DNA of 64,000 nt. It comes from TPA_inf: Saccharomyces. Lineage: Eukaryota. The notes below the pieces were generated by a model that saw only the letters and a list, made by a program, of their open reading frames with translations, searched no databases and was not told where the DNA came from. The DNA is taken from contig BK006939.2 in NCBI GenBank assembly GCA_000146045.2, positions 160,001 through 224,000 on the forward strand, in the 5' to 3' direction. Below, piece by piece: positions 1 to 13,795 of this stretch (the first letter of the stretch is position 1; every line of letters starts with the position of its first letter). The position numbers and the translations under genes are program-made.

Positions 1-275
1 TTAAGCACATTATAATTTTGCGCCCAGGCCCTCTCCTTGGTGAACGGACAAATTCTAAACAAAGCGGATTTGGCGGCAATCTGACTGCTGCTTTGGGCAC
101 TCGCGTGTACCGTTCTAGATTCCAGAGGTTGCTAGGCTATCCAGTTTATGGCGATGAGGTAGGAAAAGTTGGTGTTCATTTGGCGTTGAATACTTCTGGG
201 AAAGACAAGGTTCAGTTTGTCTCCAGCAAGGACATTCTTGACATCTCAGCTTCTCTGGAGAAGATTGCTACCTAA
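1..275 (+). CDS. FMP52: 3' end of upstream gene (C-terminal 85+ aa, ORF open to window start, stop TAA 273-275); position immediately upstream of YND1 corresponds to YER004W/FMP52
   Basis: ORF open to the window edge in frame 3; the identity is inferred from the gene order, not from the protein sequence. Confidence 0.55.
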   Translation, partial: KHIIILRPGPLLGERTNSKQSGFGGNLTAALGTRVYRSRFQRLLGYPVYGDEVGKVGVHLALNTSGKDKVQFVSSKDILDISASLEKIAT

Positions 276-549
276 ATCAACCAACGGCTTCTTCTCGCAG
301 CTACAGTTGTATTTTACTGTGACGTACTTTTGCGCGCGTACGGGTTCAATGAATTACGGATTTTCAACAACTTCACACAATCATAGCTTTTTTTACTTTT
401 TCGCCTCATTATTTTCTTTAAAGAAACGATGATAAACAGAGATTTATCGTCATGTTATTTCGTTCGTATATATCGTATTTGCGTTTTAGCTGTATAAAGT
501 AAAATACTATATCTAACGTGGCTTTTTTTATTTCCCCGTCTGCCCTCTT

Positions 550-2442
550 ATGCTCATAGAAAACACTAATGATCGGTTTGGTATCGTCATAGATGCAGGG
601 TCTTCGGGTTCGAGAATCCATGTGTTTAAGTGGCAGGACACGGAATCGCTTCTTCATGCAACAAACCAGGACTCACAGTCCATATTACAATCAGTACCTC
701 ATATTCATCAAGAAAAAGACTGGACTTTTAAGCTGAATCCAGGCTTGTCGAGTTTTGAAAAAAAACCTCAAGATGCGTACAAATCTCACATCAAGCCGTT
801 ACTAGATTTTGCTAAGAATATTATCCCTGAATCACATTGGTCGAGTTGTCCCGTTTTTATTCAAGCAACCGCGGGCATGCGCCTTTTACCTCAAGACATA
901 CAATCTTCCATTTTGGATGGTTTGTGTCAGGGGCTCAAACACCCTGCAGAATTTTTGGTTGAGGATTGCTCAGCACAAATTCAAGTCATTGATGGTGAAA
1001 CCGAAGGTTTATATGGCTGGCTTGGCTTAAACTATCTATATGGACACTTTAATGACTATAATCCAGAGGTCTCTGACCATTTTACATTTGGGTTTATGGA
1101 CATGGGCGGTGCCTCTACTCAGATTGCGTTTGCACCGCATGATTCAGGAGAAATAGCTAGACATAGAGATGACATCGCCACCATCTTCTTGAGGAGTGTT
1201 AACGGAGATTTGCAGAAATGGGACGTTTTTGTTAGTACGTGGTTAGGGTTTGGTGCCAATCAGGCTAGAAGAAGGTACTTGGCTCAGTTGATCAATACCC
1301 TTCCAGAAAACACAAATGATTACGAAAATGATGACTTCTCTACAAGGAACTTGAATGATCCATGTATGCCGCGAGGAAGCAGCACGGATTTTGAATTTAA
1401 AGATACCATATTTCACATCGCGGGTTCTGGGAATTACGAACAATGTACAAAATCTATTTATCCGTTACTTTTAAAGAACATGCCTTGTGATGACGAGCCG
1501 TGCTTGTTTAATGGTGTTCATGCTCCTCGAATAGACTTTGCCAATGACAAATTTATAGGTACTTCTGAGTACTGGTACACTGCCAACGACGTATTCAAAC
1601 TTGGGGGCGAATACAACTTTGACAAATTTAGCAAAAGCCTAAGGGAGTTTTGCAATTCCAATTGGACGCAAATATTAGCGAACAGTGATAAAGGCGTGTA
1701 TAATTCTATTCCGGAGAATTTTTTGAAAGATGCATGCTTTAAGGGCAATTGGGTCCTTAATATACTTCATGAAGGGTTTGATATGCCTCGAATAGATGTC
1801 GACGCAGAAAATGTCAATGACAGGCCCTTATTTCAAAGTGTGGAAAAAGTCGAAGAACGAGAGTTATCGTGGACACTAGGCAGAATTTTACTTTATGCCT
1901 CAGGTAGCATATTGGCAGGTAATGATGACTTCATGGTGGGTATTGCGCCCAGTGAAAGAAGAACTAAGCTCACTGGTAAGAAATTCATACCTGGCAAGTT
2001 ACTGGAGTCTGATCAACTACGCAAGCAAAGTTCCAGCCTTTCTAATAAAGGATTTTTGATGTGGTTCGCAATTATTTGTTGCATATTTTACTTGATCTTT
2101 CATAGGTCACACATAATCAGAAGACGTTTTTCCGGTCTGTACAACATTACCAAGGACTTTAAGACAGGCATAAGGAGAAGGTTGAAATTTCTAAGGAGAT
2201 CAGATCCATTTTCCAGATTGGAGGAAGGTGAACTTGGAACAGACGTAGATGGCTTCAAAGATGTGTACAGGATGAAGAGTAGCAGTATGTTTGATCTTGG
2301 TAAGAGTTCAGCCACAATGCAAAGGGAGCACGAACCACAAAGGACAGCAAGTCAGTCCGCTAATCTCGCTCCGTCAAACTTACGACCTGCGTTTTCTATG
2401 GCTGATTTTTCCAAATTTAAGGACAGTAGGCTATATGATTGA
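550..2442 (+). CDS. YND1: Golgi apyrase / nucleoside diphosphatase (GDA1/CD39 family), 630 aa, C-terminal TM segment
   Basis: The N-terminal apyrase conserved region IVIDAGSSGSRIHVFKW is present, as is the second motif ATAGMRLL. Length and position match YER005W. Confidence 0.9.
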   Translation: MLIENTNDRFGIVIDAGSSGSRIHVFKWQDTESLLHATNQDSQSILQSVPHIHQEKDWTFKLNPGLSSFEKKPQDAYKSHIKPLLDFAKNIIPESHWSSCPVFIQATAGMRLLPQDIQSSILDGLCQGLKHPAEFLVEDCSAQIQVIDGETEGLYGWLGLNYLYGHFNDYNPEVSDHFTFGFMDMGGASTQIAFAPHDSGEIARHRDDIATIFLRSVNGDLQKWDVFVSTWLGFGANQARRRYLAQLINTLPENTNDYENDDFSTRNLNDPCMPRGSSTDFEFKDTIFHIAGSGNYEQCTKSIYPLLLKNMPCDDEPCLFNGVHAPRIDFANDKFIGTSEYWYTANDVFKLGGEYNFDKFSKSLREFCNSNWTQILANSDKGVYNSIPENFLKDACFKGNWVLNILHEGFDMPRIDVDAENVNDRPLFQSVEKVEERELSWTLGRILLYASGSILAGNDDFMVGIAPSERRTKLTGKKFIPGKLLESDQLRKQSSSLSNKGFLMWFAIICCIFYLIFHRSHIIRRRFSGLYNITKDFKTGIRRRLKFLRRSDPFSRLEEGELGTDVDGFKDVYRMKSSSMFDLGKSSATMQREHEPQRTASQSANLAPSNLRPAFSMADFSKFKDSRLYD

Positions 2443-2600
2443 ATGTGGTGGTGTATGTGCCATAAATAGAAGCGCATATACTTCTCACATAAATATATGT
2501 ATATATCTAGTGAGGTGCCATAGTATTGCATTAACAGTGATTCACGTCACTCTAAACGTCGCTTCTGTTTTTTTTTTGAAATTTTTTTCTCACAGCTGCT

Positions 2601-2625
2601 GAAAATTTTCGAGCGAGGCGATGAG
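2601..2625 (+). promoter_or_regulatory. ribosome-biogenesis promoter motif pair, about 100-120 bp upstream of NUG1: RRPE (GAAAATTTTC, 2601-2610) plus PAC (GCGATGAG, 2618-2625)
   Basis: Exact matches to both consensus motifs in the canonical arrangement. Confidence 0.65.
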
Positions 2626-2722
2626 ATGAGCTAATTATATCAAGAGGGAATTGTACTAGTAATACTTTGGTACACACAAGAACAAGCATATAGGTATACA
2701 GTCACGACTATAATATCATAAA

Positions 2723-4285
2723 ATGAGAGTCAGAAAGCGCCAATCTAGAAGAACATCTACCAAGTTGAAGGAAGGTATTAAGAAGAAGGCTTCTGCCCAT
2801 AGAAAAAAGGAAAAGAAGATGGCTAAGAAGGACGTTACTTGGAGATCAAGGTCTAAGAAAGACCCTGGTATTCCTTCTAACTTTCCTTATAAGGCTAAGA
2901 TCTTAGAAGAAATAGAAGCCAAAAAAATGAAGGACTTAGAGGAAAGAGAGCTTGCCAAACAACAACGATTGGAGGCTAGGAAAGCTGCCAAGGAACAAGG
3001 CGTTGATGCAATGGATGAAGACATGATAGAAGACGATGAAAATGGATTAGCAGCTTTGGTTGAGTCTGCTCAGCAAGCAGCTGCTGAATATGAGGGCACA
3101 CCCTCTAATGATGCAGATGTTCGTGATGATGAATTGGACGTCATTGATTATAACATTGATTTCTACGGTGAAGATGTAGAAGGCGAGTCAGAACTTGAAA
3201 AATCTAGGAAAGCTTATGACAAGATTTTCAAATCCGTTATTGATGCTTCTGATGTCATCCTATATGTTTTGGATGCCAGAGATCCAGAGAGTACAAGATC
3301 AAGAAAGGTGGAAGAAGCCGTCTTACAAAGTCAGGGTAAAAGGCTGATTTTAATACTGAACAAAGTTGATTTAATTCCCCCACATGTATTGGAACAATGG
3401 TTAAATTACTTAAAGTCTAGTTTTCCTACAATCCCATTAAGAGCTTCTTCTGGTGCAGTCAACGGAACTTCTTTCAACAGAAAGCTAAGCCAAACCACTA
3501 CTGCAAGTGCACTGCTAGAGTCGCTGAAAACTTACTCTAATAACAGCAATTTGAAGAGATCTATTGTAGTGGGTGTTATCGGTTATCCAAATGTTGGTAA
3601 ATCATCTGTTATCAACGCTCTTTTGGCGCGCCGTGGAGGTCAATCAAAGGCTTGCCCAGTCGGTAATGAAGCAGGTGTTACTACCTCTCTGAGAGAGATC
3701 AAAATCGACAACAAGTTGAAGATTCTAGATTCTCCTGGTATATGTTTCCCAAGCGAAAATAAGAAAAGATCGAAAGTTGAACATGAAGCTGAATTAGCTC
3801 TTCTAAATGCTCTACCGGCAAAACACATTGTTGATCCGTATCCAGCTGTCTTAATGTTGGTAAAGAGACTAGCTAAATCAGATGAAATGACAGAGAGCTT
3901 TAAAAAGCTGTATGAAATTCCTCCTATTCCTGCTAATGATGCAGATACGTTTACAAAACATTTCTTAATTCACGTCGCTCGTAAAAGAGGTAGATTAGGG
4001 AAAGGCGGTATTCCAAATCTTGCCAGTGCTGGTCTTTCGGTACTTAATGACTGGAGGGATGGTAAAATTCTTGGTTGGGTTTTACCAAATACATCGGCAG
4101 CTGCATCTCAACAAGATAAACAAAATCTAAGTACTATAAACACTGGCACTAAACAAGCTCCAATTGCAGCAAATGAATCCACCATTGTATCCGAGTGGTC
4201 CAAAGAATTTGATTTGGATGGATTATTTAGCTCTCTTGACAAGGCCATAGATGCTAGCAAAGATCAAGATACAATGATGGAATAA
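2723..4285 (+). CDS. NUG1: nucleolar GTPase of the circularly permuted YlqF/YawG family, 60S biogenesis, 520 aa
   Basis: A lysine-rich N-terminus, a circularly permuted G-domain (NKVDL...GYPNVGKSS...DSPG), and PAC/RRPE motifs in the promoter. Confidence 0.9.
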   Translation: MRVRKRQSRRTSTKLKEGIKKKASAHRKKEKKMAKKDVTWRSRSKKDPGIPSNFPYKAKILEEIEAKKMKDLEERELAKQQRLEARKAAKEQGVDAMDEDMIEDDENGLAALVESAQQAAAEYEGTPSNDADVRDDELDVIDYNIDFYGEDVEGESELEKSRKAYDKIFKSVIDASDVILYVLDARDPESTRSRKVEEAVLQSQGKRLILILNKVDLIPPHVLEQWLNYLKSSFPTIPLRASSGAVNGTSFNRKLSQTTTASALLESLKTYSNNSNLKRSIVVGVIGYPNVGKSSVINALLARRGGQSKACPVGNEAGVTTSLREIKIDNKLKILDSPGICFPSENKKRSKVEHEAELALLNALPAKHIVDPYPAVLMLVKRLAKSDEMTESFKKLYEIPPIPANDADTFTKHFLIHVARKRGRLGKGGIPNLASAGLSVLNDWRDGKILGWVLPNTSAAASQQDKQNLSTINTGTKQAPIAANESTIVSEWSKEFDLDGLFSSLDKAIDASKDQDTMME

Positions 4286-4484
4286 ATAAGTCATATGTAA
4301 GGCTATTTTTATGTAAGGGGTGTTTCTTATTTTTTCTTTATCATCAAATAACATTACTGTAAATTATAGGTGTGCTTTTAAACTCATTACTATACATCTT
4401 ATTTTTTTTAGTTTTACTGCCTTTTTGCTCTTTGGACAAAGAAATCATTAAAAAGTTCCAACTTTTATTATGTTTCATATATAA

Positions 4485-6083
<1,599 letters not shown>

Positions 6084-6236
6084 TCACAGTATATAGTTAA
6101 TCTTGGCTAGTTGCATATTTAAAAATCAGGAAACAGCCTTTTAGATTGTAAGCGGATGTTATTCTAATTTTTTCTTAGTTTCTTTATTTTATTATGTAGC
6201 AGATGGATAGTAATATAGTGTTGACGGCTCCGTTTG

Positions 6237-6885
6237 TTACTCAACGCTGAAGTTCCATAAGGGGTCGCCCAAATGGTGAATCAATTCTATGGAATGACCT
6301 TTGTTCACTGATTTAATTTCTTCAGTACCCATCATCAATTCACCAATAGCCAATGCATTCTCTTTATTTTCGGCATTGATGACTACAATCGTACCTTTCT
6401 CGTAACCAGGAGCAGGTGGTAAGTCGGCACCCGCAGAAGTTAGGCCAGGGCACATGATATTAGCACCTGAGAGAACGAATTTAATAGCACCTCTATCAAC
6501 CTGAACAGTGGGATAAGCCTCTGGAAATTTGTGTACTAATTTCAGGCTTGGAATCAGTTCATCGAATTTTTGAAAAAAAAGAACTTCACCATCGACGGAA
6601 TACAATTGGATCTTATCTTCACATTTAATCAACTCGATTTGACTCTTCTTAGGAATTAATTCATCAATAACATCTTCTATTTTGGGGTACTGCTTGACCA
6701 ATTTGGCCTTTAACGTTCTTTGAATTGAAGATTTGACCTTTGAACGTGAATGGACATCTTCTCTTGTGAATCTATCGATGATGATGTTAGTAATTGCTTA
6801 CTGAGTCAAAAGTGTACACTAACCCCTGGTAAAACCAGTGAATTACGCAATATTCATTCTCATGTTAGACATACTTCTTAAACAT
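6237..6885 (-). CDS. TMA20: translation-machinery-associated protein (MCT-1/PUA family), 181 aa. Two exons: exon 1 at 6875-6885 (ATGTTTAAGAA) and exon 2 at 6237-6771, with a 103-nt intron at 6772-6874.
   Basis: The main ORF lacks an N-terminus. Upstream on the minus strand the sequence reads ATG TTT AAG AA|GTATGT...TACTAAC...ATAG|A TTC ACA AGA. The spliced product starts MFKKFTREDVHSRSKVKSS... and is in frame with the ORF. Confidence 0.85.
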
Positions 6886-7426
6886 TTCCTCTCTGCTGTT
6901 TTAGTTTACCGTCTTTGTCTTTTATATGGTTTTACATAAGGTTATAGCAAAATCAAGTTTTTTCACACAATAATTTTTCAGATAATTAAATTTTTCGTCA
7001 TTTTTACACCTACAAATACAAAGCATAAGAGTAAGGTAACTATGAATTTAGTGGAAAATGACCATAATGATAATTATCAATAGATAAAATTATGGTTTTT
7101 GAGGTGAAGTTGAGGTCTCGTTTATAGACGGCACTGTCAGGTAATTGGTCAACTCTCCTATACAAAGTTTACTGTATCGGGTGAAAAGAAAGACACACAA
7201 GAAGGAGAACACTCATGCCTACCATTTTAGTTGCCATTTCTGTATTACTTACAATTCCAGCTTCTATAACGTGAACTCACATTAGAGAATTCGGTGAAAA
7301 AGAAAAGAAAAATATGGTTGGGCCCTCAATTGAATGTTTCAGTCCGGTATCCCTAACCTATTTTTTGATATTACTTCCAAAGAAAAATAAACAGTCCCTT
7401 TGAAAGAATGAATATCGGTAATGAAA

Positions 7427-7586
7427 AAAGGTATTCCAAAAATTCCCTACATAGTCTTGAAGTATTCAAAAGCGAACACCGAATTGACCATGAGGAGACG
7501 GTCTGGTTTATAATTAAATTTCAACCAGCAAAAACACAATCTCGGACGAATCCTCACTGATATGCGTATTTCCCGTGCATAAGGAT
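7427..7586 (-). ncRNA. SNR14: U4 spliceosomal snRNA gene, 160 nt
   Basis: The minus strand reads AUCCUUAUGCACGGGAAAUACGCAUAUCAGUGAGGAUUCGUCCGAGAUUGUGUUUUUGCUGGUUGAAAUUUAAUUAUAAACCAGACCGUCUCCUCAUGGUCAAUUCGGUGUUCGCUUUUGAAUACUUCAAGACUAUGUAGGGAAUUUUUGGAAUACCUUU, which I recognise as yeast U4. Confidence 0.92.
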
Positions 7587-7678
7587 GGAGTATTAAGGAA
7601 GGAAGTGAAAGAAAAGAAAATGCATTAAACGTAAGTAACAATAGTAATTGGACAATGAAGCTAACTAATATTCTGTTC

Positions 7679-7686
7679 CTTTTATA
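7679..7686 (-). promoter_or_regulatory. TATAAAAG TATA box about 95 bp upstream of the U4 +1 site
   Basis: The minus strand reads GAATATAAAAGG; the spacing is typical of yeast pol II snRNA promoters. Confidence 0.4.
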
Positions 7687-7807
7687 TTCAGAAAAAAAAA
7701 TTCGAAAACTAATATATCATTTTACACGATATTTGAAATTGAAATTTATCAAAATATTTACTTAATTAGTCTAAATATGTAATATGAAGCGACAATGCAG
7801 AGGTTAC

Positions 7808-10800
7808 TTAGGCATTCTTGTATTCCTCGAACGCACTTATGATATCGTTCTTCGTGAAGCGTATGTTTGTCCCTCTATAGTGTTTATCAATTACAGTGTA
7901 TAGTTTCAAGTATAGTGAGACGGTTTGACCTTGAATGCACGACCACAACTTATCGCATAGGACGTTGTTTATGGCATTTTCTTGGTGGTAACCGAAGTCA
8001 TTTACCATATGAGTGTGCAGCCTTTTTACTAGAGTTTCAATTTCATGGGAAGTGTATGCTAAAAGAATGTTCTCTAGGTTCTGCCTGCTATATGCGGCCC
8101 ATCTTGAAGGATTGGTCATGTTCACATTGTTGGTATTTTCAATGATGTTGCTCACACCATAAACAAAGGCTGTTAGTTTAGGCATAGTATCGCGGAGTAG
8201 AAAGGAAGCATAAGATTCTTTTTCCACATCGAAAACTTTCTTAACGTTTTGCAATGACGTATCAAATATACCATCCTTATTGAAGTTTAACATGGAAAGC
8301 ATTTCAGTTAGCCAGTTACTGTTCACTAGGAGAGAAATAGTTTCCATATAGTCATTATTTAAAGCAGCAGTATCTGAAAGGTTTGGATTAATGCTTGAAT
8401 TAACTTCTTTGTGAGTTATCGATCGTGTGGCAGCTATGCTTAGCTTCCTGAAGCTCGAATTCATTAATTCGATGGACTCGTAGCCTTCATCGGTATCTTT
8501 AATATCCATAGACCTCTTAGCAAATTGGAACAAATCTTCTGAATTCTTCAAGCCTACTGGTAAATCAAGTATACCTGGAAGAATTTCTCCATTGGTGGTT
8601 GCGTTAGAAATTCTTTCGAAGTGCAAAACCTGCTCTTCTACATTATCAGACCACACTTGTTTTATTTGTGTGTACATTCTAGTCACTGCAGACAATAAAA
8701 ATTCATGGTTGGATGATTCTAAGCTTTTAATTTCATTCTCCAAGTAAAAAGTTAAGGCTGGGGCTACCGTTGGTTCGGCTTTCACTAATTCTACAAAATA
8801 TGAGGACAGCCTAGTGACAATAGGTTGGAATATTCTTGAGACCAACTGGGTTTCAATAACGGCTGCTTCTCTATCAGATTGCATTACTTTCACAGTATCT
8901 AATAATATTGGAGGAGCATCTGGATCATTGAAATGTTTAATGTATTCTTCGAAATTATGCTTTGAAGATATATGAAAGAACACTTCGACAAAATTTTGAT
9001 AAACAATACATTCTTGCCTCATGGTTTGAAGGCACTCGGTAAGAAGAGAAAAACTATTCTTGAAAACCGGGTTGATATCATTTGTTTTTCTCTCTTTTCT
9101 AAATGTGTCCCATTCATTTAGTAACTGGCTTAAGCTCAGCTCATTCATTTTTTCATCATTTGTGTCAATGCCTTGTAATTGTGATATTTTCTTAGTCCAT
9201 AACTCCATGTATACTGGTTGAATACTGACGTTCCAATTTTCCACAATTGCTTGATACGATTTTTGTGAAATTTCTTTACAGAACAGTATTAAAGGAGAAA
9301 ATATCAATAAAGTCGTCAAAATTCTAATCATTTGATCGTGTGAGATATCTTGTCCACGTATATTTGAGAATTTCTTCTGCATTTCCTCCACAATTCTGTT
9401 AAGAAATATCTTGGTAACTTTCTCATAAAACTGTAGCCTCTGCTTTAGTCCGGAAATTTCTCTTAGATTATATTCTACTTCATTTCCATCGCTGCCTATT
9501 GCTTGAAATGCTTTTAATAATAAATTCAATTGGTTTTCCATCCATGGCAAGTTCTTCTCTCTTATTGGACATTCTAATAACTGATTTAGGGAAATTTCAT
9601 CAAGAGATACAGTTTTCAAAAGTTCATCAAGTGTGTTCCATAGAAGTTTCTTGTTAGCACTTTCAACTTGTAATCCGTTATCTTGGCTCTCTACGTTTTC
9701 GATATCATTAGAAAAATTGCTCATTTCCATCAAGAATAAAGAGAGAGTGGGGATTATGCGATGACATTCGTCATTGACCTTGTCTTCGTAGGGGCGGATA
9801 TTAGGCCCAATTTTTTGCAAAGATAATAAATTTTGGTTGAATAAGTATTCCGTTTCCGCCAATCTTAAGTCAATCCTTTCAATCATACTATCAGCATCGT
9901 CTTCAATGGACCAATTGATATCTGTTAATATTTCTAATAAAACCTCATCGTCAATATTTTCCATCGTTTTTATCTCCTCTTTAGATTCAATCAGCGCTTC
10001 AGATTCGTTATTCTCTTCCGGAAGGATTAATTTCTGCGAAACGGCAGGTGCTTCTTCTTGAATAATTGACACTTCATGGTACACGTGAGGAGCTTCACCT
10101 TCAAAATTATTGCTATACCTAACCTCATCTCCCTTCTCGAACGAAAGATCGTTCTTCTCATCTTGGTCCTCTCCTGATAAGTTAGATGTATTCAAACCTG
10201 CTATCTCGTCACTCAAACTGATCGAGTCATTCAAATCGCTTCCACCGAGTGACTCAACTTTGGCAATATTTAGTGGTTTTTTTAATTGGTCATGAGCTCT
10301 AGCTGTACTTCTCTCGGGCACGTAAGTACCATTTTGCATAGTAGGGGTGGTTTCTGTTTCTTCCGCCAAAACTGCGTTTAAGTCCTCCAAAAGGTTATCA
10401 ACCTTACCATTTATTTCTTGAGTATAACTTTCATTGTCTACTTTGTTTCTTTTACTTTTTTCTTCCTCCTCCTTTTTAGCAAGCGCTTCTTGCTCTTCTT
10501 TTTTTAATCTCTCAGCTGTTTCTTGTTCTCTTTGTTTTCTCTGTATTTCCAATAGTTCTCTCTCTTTTTTTAGGCGTTGCTCTTCTTCGAATTGCCGTTG
10601 ACGTTTCAACTCCATTTGCTTTTTAGCCTCCAGTTCCATTTGACGTTTTCGTTCCTCTTCTTCGAGTTGTCGTTGGTGTTCCAATTCCATTTGCCTTTTC
10701 CTCTCCTCCTGCTTTATTCTTCTTTCCTCTTCTAATCTTTTCATCTCATTTTCCTTTTGTAACTGAAGTCTTTTTTGCTCTTCTAATCGTCTCAGTTCAG

Positions 10801-11818
10801 CCTCTTCTTGTTGCTGTTGTTGCTCTAACTCGTATCTTTTATTCACTTCATTCAATGTCGAATTGGAAGAATAGGGGGCCTTATTTAGAGATTTCATTCC
10901 TGCATGATATTCCACGCTTGCAGGCGTTGACACTGGATTAACGCTTTCTGTTTCAGACCTTCTTGTCCTCTCAGTAGGTGCTGAAAAGGGGACAGAGCCC
11001 ACCGATTGGGTAGTGTTTGTCGTGAAATTACTTGTAGGTGACTTTATTGGAGATACGGAACCGGGGCGATTTGTGATGACTGCTCTTTGATAACTCCTCT
11101 CGTCAAGATAAAAAAGGGATAAATCCCAATTGACCAATTCAGGGACATGACCTTCGAATGTTTGAATGTATAGAGTAATTAGAGATTTAATGAAAACAGT
11201 TCTTTCCTTCGCAGAATTCGTTTCCCAGTAGTATTTTTTACTCATGGTAAGAATGAAGCCTTCAGATATCTCCAGGTCCTTCTCTACTCTTACTAGTTCG
11301 GTCAACTGCCAAGTTCTACCAATTTGAAAAGAGCCGTCTGAGTTTTCTCTTGCTTTATGAATTTGTATTAGCTTGGCATTGTTGGGCTTGGCACTCAAAA
11401 TAAGGAGTCTTTTCTTTTTGTTCTCCAATTTTGAATCTGGAGGAGGTCTTGAACTAGGGAATTTTGAATCTTCTATAATCCGGACATGTGTAATATAATT
11501 ATTCGGCGGTTCACCTGTCTTATGGTCGGGTCTGGAAAAGCAGCAATTAATTATGGCTTTCCTATCCCTTTCATATTGTTCGGCTAAAAAATTCGAAGTT
11601 TGAGAGGAATTTGAAGCTCTCGACACGTTTCTCTTATGCGAATAATTTCCACCAGAAACAGGTGGTGCGGAAGAGGGTACTGCACCTTGACTGACGTTTC
11701 TAGAATGGTGAGCACTGCTACCGGATATTGTTCTCTTGTGGAAAAACGATGTGTTTTCATCGTGTGATGTCTCACGACTGTGAGACTTCCTTTTAAAAGG
11801 AGACTTCGAGGACCTCAT
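7808..11818 (-). CDS. SEC3: exocyst subunit Sec3, 1336 aa, N-terminal PH-like domain plus a long charged coiled-coil
   Basis: Length, the SEC3 signature architecture, an E/R/K/Q-rich repeat block, and position all match. Confidence 0.9.
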
Positions 11819-12114
11819 AATATAGAATAAATTGCGTAGCCTTGTTACCTAGCTGGAGATATCTGGCACCGACTCAGTCTTTATGACCGCTTTTTCTTCA
11901 TAAGCTATGATACTGTTATTGCTATAAGTGTTCACCAAGTTAGTATTTGCCCATTAATACCGGGTGACATAGTCCCACAAGCGTGGTTCTCAAAAAGCAA
12001 CGAAAAATTTTCTGACTTGGCAAGGTGAGACTTAGGCTGATAAGTAAGTACTTTTTAGTTTTTAGTGTACAATACCCCCTAAGGAACCCAGGTTTTAATA
12101 CTATTATCTTTATA

Positions 12115-12492
12115 ATGTCTCTCGACTTTAACACTTTGGCCCAAAACTTCACCCAGTTTTACTATAATCAATTTGATACCGATAGAAGCCAATTGGGTAA
12201 CTTGTACAGAAATGAATCTATGCTAACATTCGAGACTAGTCAATTGCAAGGTGCAAAGGACATTGTTGAGAAATTAGTATCTTTGCCATTTCAAAAGGTC
12301 CAACATCGTATCACTACTTTGGATGCGCAACCTGCTTCCCCAAATGGCGATGTCTTAGTCATGATCACTGGTGATCTGTTGATTGACGAAGAACAAAATC
12401 CACAGCGTTTCTCTCAAGTGTTCCATTTGATTCCTGATGGAAACTCTTACTACGTGTTTAACGATATCTTCCGTTTGAATTACTCTGCTTAA
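12115..12492 (+). CDS. NTF2: nuclear transport factor 2, 125 aa
   Basis: The protein [21 protein letters not shown]...FRLNYSA is recognised as NTF2. The ORF-track start at 12025 adds a 30-aa extension that is probably not used. Confidence 0.88.
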   Translation: MSLDFNTLAQNFTQFYYNQFDTDRSQLGNLYRNESMLTFETSQLQGAKDIVEKLVSLPFQKVQHRITTLDAQPASPNGDVLVMITGDLLIDEEQNPQRFSQVFHLIPDGNSYYVFNDIFRLNYSA

Positions 12493-12633
12493 GGATTTTT
12501 TAAGTCACCACAGAAACATGTATTTTCATTTTCGAATATTGTTTAGCATAATTGAAGATGCTTAGCTAACGATGTATAAGGCGATAGCGATAAAGAAGAT
12601 ATATATATATATATATGTATGAAGATAGCGTTT

Positions 12634-13353
<720 letters not shown>

Positions 13354-13795
13354 CTACTTATACTGTTAATTTTTTTAAAAGTTGGTTTAGTTTATGGAAA
13401 GCCATACAGTTCAAGTTTTTTCGCGCTAAGTAAGGTGATCACTTTTTTTTATCGTTCTTATCACTTCCAGCTGTAATACATCATAGAGATTAATGAATGA
13501 GCAACGTTTGACTCACATACAGACCTAAGTGGCGGAAATTATTATTGGCAAAATAGCTGGGCTTGCAGTTTTCCTGATTATTTGGGTAAGCTGATGGTAT
13601 TCTCCAAACGCGGTGGGCAAGATCTCAGATTATCTGCTCCTTATCGACTGCTTTTTATTTCTATAAATGAGCTTGTATACACATGTATAGTTTGTATTTG
13701 GATTATTTATACTTTTACGGATTATGTTCGTATTGTTTGTATTTCATTCCCTAATTTTCCTTTACAGATATAATTTCATGATTAAATTTCAAGGC

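Noticed and set aside
7447-7641. 64-aa minus-strand ORF
   Set aside because: It lies inside the U4 snRNA gene SNR14; it is not coding.
9837-10295. Two plus-strand ORFs (74 and 61 aa) within SEC3
   Set aside because: They are antisense to SEC3 and serine-rich because of the complementary E/K-rich coding strand.
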